DNA of 64,000 bases from Dehalococcoidia bacterium. Its GTDB lineage: Bacteria; Chloroflexota; Dehalococcoidia; UBA2979. The notes beneath the pieces were generated by a model. The model was not told the origin of the DNA. It saw only the letters and a program-made list of their open reading frames with translations, and ran no database searches. Both the position numbers and the translations under genes were made by a program. Where the stretch lies: the NCBI GenBank assembly GCA_028279505.1, contig JANQNP010000042.1, positions 93-64,092 of the forward strand, given 5' to 3'. Shown here piece by piece: positions 28,137 to 36,405 of this stretch; position 1 is the first letter of the stretch, and each line of letters starts with the position of its first letter.

Positions 28137-28170
28137 ATGCCAAGAGAAGGGGGCGGCCGATCGGCCGCCC
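28137..28170. terminator. Intrinsic-terminator-like hairpin (12-bp GC stem, GATC loop) followed by a T-rich tract, between convergent genes
   Basis: AAGGGGGCGGCC gatc GGCCGCCCCCTT followed by CTTCTT. It can serve both convergent transcripts. Confidence 0.6.
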
Positions 28171-28209
28171 CCTTCTTCTTGTCCCGAGCGAGCGGCGGGC
28201 GCCGGCGTA

Positions 28210-29895
28210 CTAGTGGGTGTCGAAGATCGCCTGGTACTCGGCGACCTTCGCAGCCGTCGCGGCGACCTCGTCGGGCGTGGGGTTCGCCGGGTCGGCGGCG
28301 GGCGGGAGCGCGCCGAGCTTCAACAGCGCCGCCATCAGCAGGATGCGCGCCTTGGTGGAAGTCAGGTTGCTGCCCGCGATCTTGACCGGGTCGGTCTTGT
28401 AGGCGTTGCCGCCGGTCGCGCCGCGGCCGACGCCGACGACGGGCATCCCGCTGAACACGGCGCGCGTCAGCGCCTGGTCGGTCGCAGTGTTCATGCTGCC
28501 GTACGGCGACGCGCCTTCACCGACGAAGCCAGCGAGTGGCGCCGCCTCGAGGTTGCGAGCGATGCGACCGAGGATCTCGACTTCGCTGTCGGCGTCGACC
28601 TCAGGGCCCGGGGGCAGGTAGCGCGCGTACTTCGCGATGGTGACGCTGGGCATCGCCTCGGGGCGGAGCAGGCCATCCGCCGTCTTCACCGCGATCGGCT
28701 CCGTGTGGATGGCTGTGCCGTCGAGGCAGATGCCCGGAACGACATCCTGTAGCTGCGTGAGGTTCAGCTCGGATGACCAGGTGTGCTTGCGGCTGGGGAC
28801 GTAGGTGAGCTGCGGGGGTGCGTAGCCGTTCATCAGCGCGACGACGCCGCCGTGGCCGCCGGTCGCCTCGTAGTTGCCGGGGCGCGCGTCGGTCTTGGTC
28901 ACCTCGCGAGCGTGAAACACCTGCTCGTCGACGATCATCACGCCGCCGACCGTGTCCCGCTCGCCGCCGTTTCGCCAGACGTTCGAGAGGATGTACTTCA
29001 CCCCATCGACGATGTTGCGGTCGCCGTCGGCGCTCACGGTCTGATGCGGCCGCTGGGAAGAGTGGCCGACGAGCGGGATGGCGGTGTCGATCAGGAGGTT
29101 CAGCCAGTACATCGACTCCTCGGTGGTGGGACTGCCCTCGAGCCACTGGGCGCCGGCGTACTCGCCGCTCGCGAGGGTGGTGGCGACCATGTTGGTCGCC
29201 TTCGCGAGCGCGACGAGGTGTGGCTCCGCCCGCAGGTGGCGCGGGTAGTAGATGAAGAAGTCGTCGCCGAGGCGCTCGGGTGGGATGTCGCCTTCGCCGC
29301 GGTCGGTGCGCTGATCCTCGGGCAGGCCCTGCTTGTAGCCGCCCGACGGCGCCGCCCGGTAGAAGTCGAACGCCGCGACCGAGGACAGCAGGTTGTTGTG
29401 CCCATCGCTATCGACGCCGAAGCGGTCGATCTCCTCGTAGATGCGCGAGGCGTCGGGATAGAAGGTCTGGCGGGCGTGGTCCTCGGGCGCGTTGGGGAAG
29501 GCGCAGGCTTCCTCCCACGGCGAGCCGTCAGCCTGCCGCCCCATATAAGGGAGCAGGTAGAGGCCGTCCGATGGATCGAGGGTGGCGACCTGGACCGGGC
29601 GATCCTCGGCGGTGGTCGGCTCCTCGTGGAACGCGCCGTCCGCGTCGAGGTAGCCGTCGGGCGGGGCGTAGAGCGCGGCCGCGTCGGCCTCGAGGGGGTG
29701 GGCGCTGAGGTAGTCGATGTAGACCGTGACAGGGGCGGCGAGGCGCTGGGCGCGCAGGGCATCGAAGCCCTCGGCGGTGCCGTTCTCGGGCAGGGTGTGG
29801 CGCTGGCGGGCCTGGCGGCTGGTGATCAGCGGCGGGCTGTTCTGGATGGTCGCGGTCGGTCCGGAGAAGACCGCGATCCTCGGAAGGTCGGGCAT
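28210..29895 (-). CDS. Atypical L-asparaginase/glutaminase-superfamily protein with a large insertion and variant catalytic motifs
   Basis: ATG 29895 (MPDLPRIAVFSGPTATIQNS) aligns with the asparaginase N-terminal TGGTIAG region. The segment LEGSPTTEESMYWLNLLIDTAIPLVGHSSQRPHQTVSADGDRNIVDG parallels the asparaginase HGTDTMEETAYFLNL...PVVxVGAMRPSTAISADGPxNL block. The C-terminal GMPVVGVGRGATGGN block also fits. About 250 aa are inserted between the two motif regions. Confidence 0.4.
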   Translation of the reverse strand: MPDLPRIAVFSGPTATIQNSPPLITSRQARQRHTLPENGTAEGFDALRAQRLAAPVTVYIDYLSAHPLEADAAALYAPPDGYLDADGAFHEEPTTAEDRPVQVATLDPSDGLYLLPYMGRQADGSPWEEACAFPNAPEDHARQTFYPDASRIYEEIDRFGVDSDGHNNLLSSVAAFDFYRAAPSGGYKQGLPEDQRTDRGEGDIPPERLGDDFFIYYPRHLRAEPHLVALAKATNMVATTLASGEYAGAQWLEGSPTTEESMYWLNLLIDTAIPLVGHSSQRPHQTVSADGDRNIVDGVKYILSNVWRNGGERDTVGGVMIVDEQVFHAREVTKTDARPGNYEATGGHGGVVALMNGYAPPQLTYVPSRKHTWSSELNLTQLQDVVPGICLDGTAIHTEPIAVKTADGLLRPEAMPSVTIAKYARYLPPGPEVDADSEVEILGRIARNLEAAPLAGFVGEGASPYGSMNTATDQALTRAVFSGMPVVGVGRGATGGNAYKTDPVKIAGSNLTSTKARILLMAALLKLGALPPAADPANPTPDEVAATAAKVAEYQAIFDTH

Positions 29896-30116
29896 CTGTG
29901 GGCTCCGCTTGAGTGGCCTCGGGTGGATGCCTCGGACGCTACCGGTCGGGGATGTCGGGGCCATGACCGGCAGGTCTCGACGAGGTGCCGTGGAGGCAAC
30001 AACCCTCGGCCGCAGCCCTCGTCAACGGAGCACCGAACCGGGAGCTTCTCTTGCTCGTCGGTGTCGGAGACCTGCGAGCAGTGAGTCGATCGGGCTCCCC
30101 GAGGAGGGTTGAACGG

Positions 30117-31202
30117 CTAGGGAGCCGGTCGGGCCTCGGTTGCTGGCGGCGCGTGCGGCGCGTCCGACTCTTGGCCGGAGAGCCATCGGGTGAGATCGGC
30201 TAGCGATGTGAAACGCCGCTCCTCGTTGTTCGTCGTTACCCACCAGCGGTCGACGGGATCTCCAGCCTCGGATGTCACGCCGCAAACGATCGGCTTCCGC
30301 TCGCCGTCGCCGCTCTCATCCTCGGTCACGTCGAACCCCGAACGGAGCAGCGCCTGACGCAGCCAGTGGTGCTCGAGGGAGTCGCCCGTCACTCGGGCTC
30401 GGCGGCCCGGGTGGGGTGTTGGCGTGAAGTGACCCGTGGCGCGGTCGAACGCGACCTCGCTGCTGGAGAACGCGTGCTCCAGCAGGCCGTTGAGGACGAG
30501 ATCCTCGGGGGCGCCGCTCTCGAGCGAGCCGTCCTCGGTGATCAGCCAGAGGACATCGGCGGTACGCAGGGCGAGATCGAGGTCGTGCGTGGTCATCAGG
30601 ATCGCCAGCCCTCGTTCAGCCGCGAGCCGCCGAAGGAGGGCGGTGAGCTCGATCCGAGACGGGAGGTCGAGGAACGCGGTCGGCTCGTCGAGCAGCAGCA
30701 CCTTCGGCTCTTGCGCCAGCGCCCGGGCGATCATGACCCGCTGGCGCTCGCCGTCGGACAGCTCGGTGACGTCGCGATGCGCGAGGTGGCCGGACTGGGT
30801 GGCCTCCATCGCCCATTCGATCGTGGTGTGGTCCTCGGGACCGAGCCGGCCGAAGTATCCGGTGTGGGGGAAGCGGCCGAGTCCGACCAGCTCGTAGGCC
30901 GAGAGGTTCGCGATCTGCACGCGGTCGGTCAGGACCACGGCCAGTCGCCGGGCCAGGTCTTCGCTGGTCAGTCCGTCAAGTTCGTCACCGTCGAGGGACA
31001 CGGTGCCGGCGAAGGAGGGCTGCACGCGCGAGAGCGTTCGGAGCAGCGTCGACTTACCGGCGCCGTTGGGGCCGAGGAGGCACGCGAACTCCCCTCGGTC
31101 GAGGGCGACGCTCACCTCGCTGAGCACCACGCGACGGCGCCGGCGCGCGCGGTAGCCGATCTCCAACGACGACAGGCTGAGTACCGGCTCGGGCGGCGCC
31201 AT
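30117..31202 (-). CDS. ABC transporter ATP-binding protein, FecE/BtuD (iron-chelate/B12) type, with about 100-aa C-terminal extension
   Basis: Walker A (GPNGAGKST), signature (LSDGERQRVMIARA). ATGA overlap with the upstream permease. Confidence 0.8.
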   Translation of the reverse strand: MAPPEPVLSLSSLEIGYRARRRRRVVLSEVSVALDRGEFACLLGPNGAGKSTLLRTLSRVQPSFAGTVSLDGDELDGLTSEDLARRLAVVLTDRVQIANLSAYELVGLGRFPHTGYFGRLGPEDHTTIEWAMEATQSGHLAHRDVTELSDGERQRVMIARALAQEPKVLLLDEPTAFLDLPSRIELTALLRRLAAERGLAILMTTHDLDLALRTADVLWLITEDGSLESGAPEDLVLNGLLEHAFSSSEVAFDRATGHFTPTPHPGRRARVTGDSLEHHWLRQALLRSGFDVTEDESGDGERKPIVCGVTSEAGDPVDRWWVTTNNEERRFTSLADLTRWLSGQESDAPHAPPATEARPAP

Positions 31203-32323
31203 CAGCTACCCCAGCCTCGGCGCATGCGGAGGAGCACCCAGAAGGCGATCGGGCCACCGACGATCGCGGTGGCCGCGTTCACGGGGAGGGTGAGGTTGCT
31301 GTTCGGCATCTCGGCCAGCAGCCCGCAGCCGAGCGCGACCGAGGCGCCGGTGAGGGCGCTCCCCGGCACCAGGATCCGGTGATCGGCGGAACCGAAGATG
31401 CCGCGGGTGATGTGTGGGATCGCGATCCCGAGGAAGGCGATGGGTCCGGCGAAGGCGACGACGGCGCCTGCGAGGATCGAGGCGCTGGTCAGCGTCAGCG
31501 TTCGGGCTCGTCGCACGTTCAAGCCCATGCTCCGCGCGTAGTTCTCGCCCATCAGCAGCGCGTTGAGCTGCTTCATGGAGAGCGTGGCGACCACCGTTCC
31601 CGTGCCAACCGCGGTTGCGAAGAGCGGTACATCGCCCCAGCGGACCCGCTGGAAGCTCCCGAATCCCCACTCGACGAAGACCCGGGTCTGGTTCGGGTCG
31701 GCGAAGAAGACAAGGACGGTGACGAGCGCCCCGATCAGGGCGGAGAGGACGACGCCGAGCAGGAGCACGATCACCATGTCGCGCACGATGCTGGCGACCA
31801 CGAGCATGGCGAGCAGGATGACGCCCGCCCCGAGCGCGGCGCCGAAGACGAGGCCGACGCTGGAGAGGGCCTGTGCGACGCCGCTCGCCGCCGCGCCGTC
31901 ACGGTAGAGGCCGACCGTCAGGCCGGGCAGCACGATGATGACGAGTGCGGCACCGAGGCTGGCGCCCGAGACGACCCCGAGGGTGTACGGACTCGCGAGT
32001 GGGTTTCGGAAGACGGCCTGCATCTGGAGGCCCGCCAGGCCGAGGGCGACGCCAACCAGTGTCGCGGTGATCACTCGAGGAAGCCGGATGTCTAGAACGA
32101 TCGTCGTCCAGGCGTCCCGCTCGGCCGGACGGCCGAGCAGGATGCGCGCCACCTCGTCCCAGGGGACGCGGACGGACGACCAGCTCAGCGACAGGAGCAC
32201 CGCGAGGATGAACACCGCGATGAGGAGTGAGAAGGCCACGAGCGTCCGGGTCCGGCCCCGCGTGCGCGCCGTCTCGATGTTCGGCCGCTGACGGAGCGAG
32301 ACCGCGTCTGTTGACGAGGTCAC
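31202..32323 (-). CDS. FecCD-family ABC permease (iron-chelate/cobalamin type)
   Basis: GTG 32323 overlaps the regulator's TGA (GTGA). FecCD-like helices (LVGVALGLAGLQMQAVFRNPLASPYTLGVVSGASLG). The tool ORF extends 126 codons upstream through an Arg-rich nonsense region. Confidence 0.75.
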   Translation of the reverse strand: MTSSTDAVSLRQRPNIETARTRGRTRTLVAFSLLIAVFILAVLLSLSWSSVRVPWDEVARILLGRPAERDAWTTIVLDIRLPRVITATLVGVALGLAGLQMQAVFRNPLASPYTLGVVSGASLGAALVIIVLPGLTVGLYRDGAAASGVAQALSSVGLVFGAALGAGVILLAMLVVASIVRDMVIVLLLGVVLSALIGALVTVLVFFADPNQTRVFVEWGFGSFQRVRWGDVPLFATAVGTGTVVATLSMKQLNALLMGENYARSMGLNVRRARTLTLTSASILAGAVVAFAGPIAFLGIAIPHITRGIFGSADHRILVPGSALTGASVALGCGLLAEMPNSNLTLPVNAATAIVGGPIAFWVLLRMRRGWGS

Positions 32324-33888
32324 GGCTGCTCCATCCGCACGTGGAACAGCGGCTCGTGCTCCGGAAGTACCTCGGGCGAGATCAGCGCGATCAGGTCTGC
32401 CAGCATCAGGTCGACGCGGACCCCTCCGGTGTGGAGCACGTCGCGACCGCGCCCGAAGCGGTGGAACGCCGCACCTCGCCGAGTGGCCGCGATCTGGCCG
32501 TAGACCTCCGCGGCCGCGGGGGTTGGCGAGGTGGTCTCCCAGATCGAGCTGTACCAGCAGTCGGCGTCCGCCCCGAATGCCAGCGCCTCGTCGAGATCGA
32601 TCTCGCCGAGGGTTCCCGCCTCGTTGAGCCGGGGCGAGACGCCTGCCTCGCTCAGGACGTCCTCGCCGCCGGCGTCGCGCACCAGGCCGGGCAGGAGCCA
32701 ATGCGGCCAGAAGCTGTCCCAGCTGCCGCGGTCGTTCGGGTGGCCGATCAGCACTCGCGGCCGCTGGCGGCCTCGTCGCGCGCGCTGTCTGAGGTCCAGG
32801 TAGCGGGCCTCGATCGCGGCGAACTGGCGGTTCGCCTTGGCCTCGAGATTGAAGAAGAGCGAGGCGAACTTCAGCTGCTCCGCGCAGGCGAGCGGGGGCT
32901 CGACGGCGGGGAGGAAGAAGACGGTGGGGAACCCTCGGTTCCGCCGGTTACGCCGCCATCCATGGTTCAGGCCGTAGAAGTAGACGTCGGGCTCGAGAGC
33001 CCTGATGCGGGCGATCCGCTCGTCCTCGGTTCCCGGCAAGCTCGACTCCGAGACGATCTCGTCGACCCGCGCCGAAAGCGCGCCGAGGTGGTCGATTCCC
33101 GAGGGACGGGTCCGCCATCCGAGGAGGGCGTCGGCGACCTCGAGGAACTCGATCGCGCCGAGGAGGCGGGCCTCGTCGTGCCAGACGCGCCGCACCGGCA
33201 CCTCGATGACCGTGGCGCCGCTGAGCGGCCCGACCAACCGCGGCGGCGGCGTCCCACGTTGTACGAGGACGTAGACGTCCGGGTTCCGCATCCCCGGTCG
33301 CTCGATCTCGCTACTGACGGTGAGCACCTTGTAGCTGCGCTCGTACCGGACTCGCCAGCGCTTCGCGTACCGCGGCGAGACGCGGTCGGGGAAGTAGTCG
33401 ACCGACGGGTCGTAGCGTTCCACCGGCCGGTCCAGATTCTCGGACGGCGGTGCCTGCGGACGGAGCAGTCCGAGCGTGAACTCGAGGATCGCGTCACGCC
33501 CCACGGATTCGTCGAGAAGATTGGTGACCGCCGTCTGGACCGCTCGGACCTCGTGCGGGTCCAACCCGCCGGCGTCGAGTTTCGAGATCTCACGGGCCAG
33601 ACCCCGGCTCACGAGCGGGACGTTTTCCCGACGGACTTCGCCGGGAGACATCAGCTGCTCCATCACCGGGTGTGGCAGCAGCCCGGCGCGCTCGATCAGG
33701 ATCCTCGCATCGACCTCGAGGGCCAGCGCGAGACGACCGAGCATCTCCACGGTCGCCGGCTTCCGTCCGTTCTCGAGTTTGGACAGATGTCCGTCCGAGA
33801 CGCCCGACGCTTCAGCCAACCTGCTCAGGGTGAAGCCGCGCTCCTTTCGCAGGTCGCGCAACATGGCCCCGAGTTCAGAGTGGTTCAA
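32320..33888 (-). CDS. One-component transcriptional regulator: N-terminal XRE-family HTH fused to a class III periplasmic-binding-protein (FecB/BtuF-like) domain
   Basis: HTH present (MLRDLRKERGFTLSRLAEASGVSDGHLSKLENGRKPATVEMLGRLALAL). No signal peptide. The C-terminal about 420 aa are paralogous to the adjacent secreted SBPs (DYFPDRVSPRYAKRWRVRYERSYKVLTVS; ...EVLPEHEPLFHVRMEQP). TTG 33888 has an AAGAGG RBS; an alternative ATG lies at 33864. Confidence 0.65.
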   Translation of the reverse strand: MNHSELGAMLRDLRKERGFTLSRLAEASGVSDGHLSKLENGRKPATVEMLGRLALALEVDARILIERAGLLPHPVMEQLMSPGEVRRENVPLVSRGLAREISKLDAGGLDPHEVRAVQTAVTNLLDESVGRDAILEFTLGLLRPQAPPSENLDRPVERYDPSVDYFPDRVSPRYAKRWRVRYERSYKVLTVSSEIERPGMRNPDVYVLVQRGTPPPRLVGPLSGATVIEVPVRRVWHDEARLLGAIEFLEVADALLGWRTRPSGIDHLGALSARVDEIVSESSLPGTEDERIARIRALEPDVYFYGLNHGWRRNRRNRGFPTVFFLPAVEPPLACAEQLKFASLFFNLEAKANRQFAAIEARYLDLRQRARRGRQRPRVLIGHPNDRGSWDSFWPHWLLPGLVRDAGGEDVLSEAGVSPRLNEAGTLGEIDLDEALAFGADADCWYSSIWETTSPTPAAAEVYGQIAATRRGAAFHRFGRGRDVLHTGGVRVDLMLADLIALISPEVLPEHEPLFHVRMEQP

Positions 33889-33895
33889 CTGAACC
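33882..33895. promoter_or_regulatory. 14-bp palindrome GGTTCAacTGAACC overlapping the regulator start, in a 39-bp divergent intergenic region. Candidate autoregulatory operator.
   Basis: Perfect 6-bp arms with a 2-bp spacer. An AT-rich TATCGATA palindrome follows at about 33917-33924, upstream of the divergent SBP gene. Confidence 0.3.
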
Positions 33896-33927
33896 TCTTT
33901 CTGTCGGTTGGATCGGCTTATCGATAG

Positions 33928-35283
33928 TTGGTATCAGTACAGGCCATCATGCCGCAGGCGCAAGTCGCGCCGAGACGGAAGAAGGTCTTTGTGCGTCCAC
34001 GCCTCCCACTGTTGATCGGCCTCGGCCTGTTGCTTGGCCTGTTGATCGCCTGCAGCGATGACGATTCGCCGGAGGCGACTCCCGAGCCGACGGAGCGCGC
34101 CGAGCCCACGTCGACGGCCGCCGCGGCGACGCCGACCGCCGCGCCGCCAGCGCCGATCACCAGCAACCCCCAGGAGTGTGTGACGGACTTCCAGGACGGG
34201 ACGGACTACTTCCCCGACAAGGTGGAGGCGATCCACGCCGAGGGCTGGAGTGTGCGCTACGAGGGGCACTACAAGGTCTTGACCGTTGAGCCCGTGCCCA
34301 ACGTCCAGAACGCAAGGCAGGACACCTACGTCCTGGCGCAGTGTGGGGCGCCGGCGCCCGACCTCTCCGGCGATCTCGCGGACGCCCACGTGATCCCGAT
34401 CCCGGCGCAGAGCTTCTGGACCGCCTCGGGCAGCGGCTGGTTCGTGGCGCTCGAGACGCTCGGGCTGTCCGACGCCGTCCTGGGTGCGAACGTCCGCGCC
34501 GCCGGGTTGGAGTACCTCCCGAACATCAACCGCCGCTTCGAGGACGGGCTCGCGATCCCGGCGCGTGCCTCGAACAGCTTCGAGCCGATCCTCGAGGCCG
34601 AGCCGGAGCTCTTCCACGTCGCGTTCAGCTATGAGCTGACCGACCAGGCCCGGGACCTGGGCCTGAACGGAGTGACCTACAACTCGTTCTGGGAGCCGCC
34701 GCTCGGGAGCGCCGAGGAGATCAAGTTCGTCTCACTCTTCTTCAACGCCGAGGCGCGCGCGAACGAGGTCCTCGAACCGGTGATCGCGAACTACGAGGCG
34801 CTGCGCCAGCAGGTGGCGGATGCCGAGTCCGAGGATCCGACCGTCCTCTTCGGCTCGATCAACAACTCTGGTCTCTGGGCGACGCAGCCGGCCAACCGGA
34901 TCGACATCCGGTTGATCGAGGACGCGGGCGGAATCCCGATCCTCCAGCGCGAGGTGACTGACGTACCGCTGAACTCGCCGCTGCCGCTCGAGCGCGTCGT
35001 CGACCTCGGCGCGGACGCCGACATCTGGATCGACAACACCTACTTCGCGGACAGCCGGTTGGGCGATACCGTCGCGGGCTCGCTCGCCTACCAGCCGCTG
35101 AACAGCTCATTCGAGGCGCTGGCCGAGGGGCAGGCGATCCACCAGTTCGCGCGCGGGACCGACATCTTCGCGACCGGACAGAGCTTCCGCGTGGACATCC
35201 TGCTGCGCGACCTCGTCAGCGTGTTCCACCCGGAGCTGTTGCCGGAGCATGAGTTCGTCTGGCACACGCGACTCGAGCCGTAA
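33928..35283 (+). CDS. Class III periplasmic-binding lipoprotein (iron-chelate/B12-type SBP) with an N-terminal add-on domain
   Basis: Lipoprotein signal (RPRLPLLIGLGLLLGLLIACSDDDS). PBP core (IPIPAQSFWTASGSGWFVALETLGLSDAVLG). Paralogous to the regulator's C-terminal domain and to the SBP at 48724-50058. An alternative ATG lies at 33949. Confidence 0.7.
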   Translation: MVSVQAIMPQAQVAPRRKKVFVRPRLPLLIGLGLLLGLLIACSDDDSPEATPEPTERAEPTSTAAAATPTAAPPAPITSNPQECVTDFQDGTDYFPDKVEAIHAEGWSVRYEGHYKVLTVEPVPNVQNARQDTYVLAQCGAPAPDLSGDLADAHVIPIPAQSFWTASGSGWFVALETLGLSDAVLGANVRAAGLEYLPNINRRFEDGLAIPARASNSFEPILEAEPELFHVAFSYELTDQARDLGLNGVTYNSFWEPPLGSAEEIKFVSLFFNAEARANEVLEPVIANYEALRQQVADAESEDPTVLFGSINNSGLWATQPANRIDIRLIEDAGGIPILQREVTDVPLNSPLPLERVVDLGADADIWIDNTYFADSRLGDTVAGSLAYQPLNSSFEALAEGQAIHQFARGTDIFATGQSFRVDILLRDLVSVFHPELLPEHEFVWHTRLEP

Positions 35284-36305
35284 TGGAGGTCCGGCCGTAC
35301 GACCCCGCGCACCTCCGCGACGCGGCGGCGTTGCTCGCGCAGGCGCACGAAACTCGACTCGCGGGCCTGCCGGCGTTGCCGGCGGCCTTCCGCGATCCAG
35401 AGGAGGCTCGCCCGGTCCTCGAGGCGTTCGCGGGGCGATCGACGTGCTCCGGGTACAGCGCCTTCCGAGGCGGGCGCCTCGTGGGGTTCTTGCTTGCGAC
35501 CAGGCATCTTCCCGCCCCGTCGCAGCCGTTGAGCGCCTACGTCATGCCGCGCTCGACCTGGACGCCGACGCAAGCGTGGGCGGTCGGCGAGGACACCGAT
35601 CCTCGGACGGTATTCGAGGCGCTTTACGGCGCGGTCGCCGATGACGCGGTAGCGGAGGGTTACCTCAACCAGCAGGTCGAGGTGAACGCGGGCGATCCGG
35701 CGGAGGGGTGGCTCCTCGATCTGGGGTTCACGCGGAGCAGTGTGTACGCGGTGCTCCCGATCGGGGGTGGAGTGACCGGGGAGGATGCCGGCGGCGGTGC
35801 GGAGGCACCGGAGATCCGGTCAGCGCGTACCGGTGACGAAGAGCGCATCGTGGCGGTCGGCGAACTCGAGGCGGGGCACCACCGGACCTCGCCGGTCTTT
35901 CGGCCGGACCTCTCGCGGGACTACCGCGAGGCGTCCCTGGACTCGGCGGCCGATTTGATCGAGGCCGAGGGCCGCATGGCGTTCCTGGCGTTCGTGGACG
36001 GCGACTTCGTTGGTGGGATTCTCGCGAACGCGATGGGGAACGGGCGCCCGTTGCTTCGCCCGGCGAACAGCCTGTACATCGGCAGCACCGCCGTCTCGCC
36101 GGGACACCGTGGACGCGGCGTCGGTCAGGCGCTGCTCCGGGCGCTGCTGGCGGCAGCCCGATCACAGGGCTTCGAGCACGCCGTCCTCAACTACTCGCCC
36201 GCGAACGCGTCCGCACGACGGTTCTGGCACAAGATGGGGTTCCAGCCCCTGATGACGGCCTTCCAGCGGAGAATCGACCCGCGAATCGCATGGGGAGCGA
36301 GCTAG
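35283..36305 (+). CDS. GNAT-family N-acetyltransferase (two GNAT-like halves), translationally coupled to the SBP gene
   Basis: TAATG overlap. GNAT motif A region (VSPGHRGRGVGQALLRALLAAA). Confidence 0.65.
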   Translation: MEVRPYDPAHLRDAAALLAQAHETRLAGLPALPAAFRDPEEARPVLEAFAGRSTCSGYSAFRGGRLVGFLLATRHLPAPSQPLSAYVMPRSTWTPTQAWAVGEDTDPRTVFEALYGAVADDAVAEGYLNQQVEVNAGDPAEGWLLDLGFTRSSVYAVLPIGGGVTGEDAGGGAEAPEIRSARTGDEERIVAVGELEAGHHRTSPVFRPDLSRDYREASLDSAADLIEAEGRMAFLAFVDGDFVGGILANAMGNGRPLLRPANSLYIGSTAVSPGHRGRGVGQALLRALLAAARSQGFEHAVLNYSPANASARRFWHKMGFQPLMTAFQRRIDPRIAWGAS

Positions 36306-36359
36306 CGCCGGGCGCCCTCGGAGGTCCGACCGTCGAGGTCGGCGAGGGCTGCCGCGTCA

Positions 36360-36383
36360 ACCCCATTACACTCCGTGGGGTTG
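36360..36383. terminator. 7-bp stem hairpin between convergent GNAT and His-rich genes (weak terminator candidate)
   Basis: AACCCCA ttacactccg TGGGGTT, followed by GCGCGC palindromes. Confidence 0.3.
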
Positions 36384-36405
36384 GCGCGCTCCTCGCGTCA
36401 GCGCG

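Noticed and set aside
28210-29964. Longer start (29964) for the asparaginase-like gene adding 23 residues (MAPTSPTGSVRGIHPRPLKRSPQ)
   Set aside because: The added segment is Arg/Pro-rich with no RBS. ATG 29895 has a GCGGAG-like Shine-Dalgarno sequence and begins at the asparaginase-like N-terminal motif. The uncertainty is noted.
31202-32701. 499-aa version of the FecCD permease with a 126-codon Arg-rich N-terminal extension
   Set aside because: The extension overlaps the upstream regulator gene and is low-complexity. The GTG at 32323 gives a normal FecCD length and a GTGA coupling overlap.
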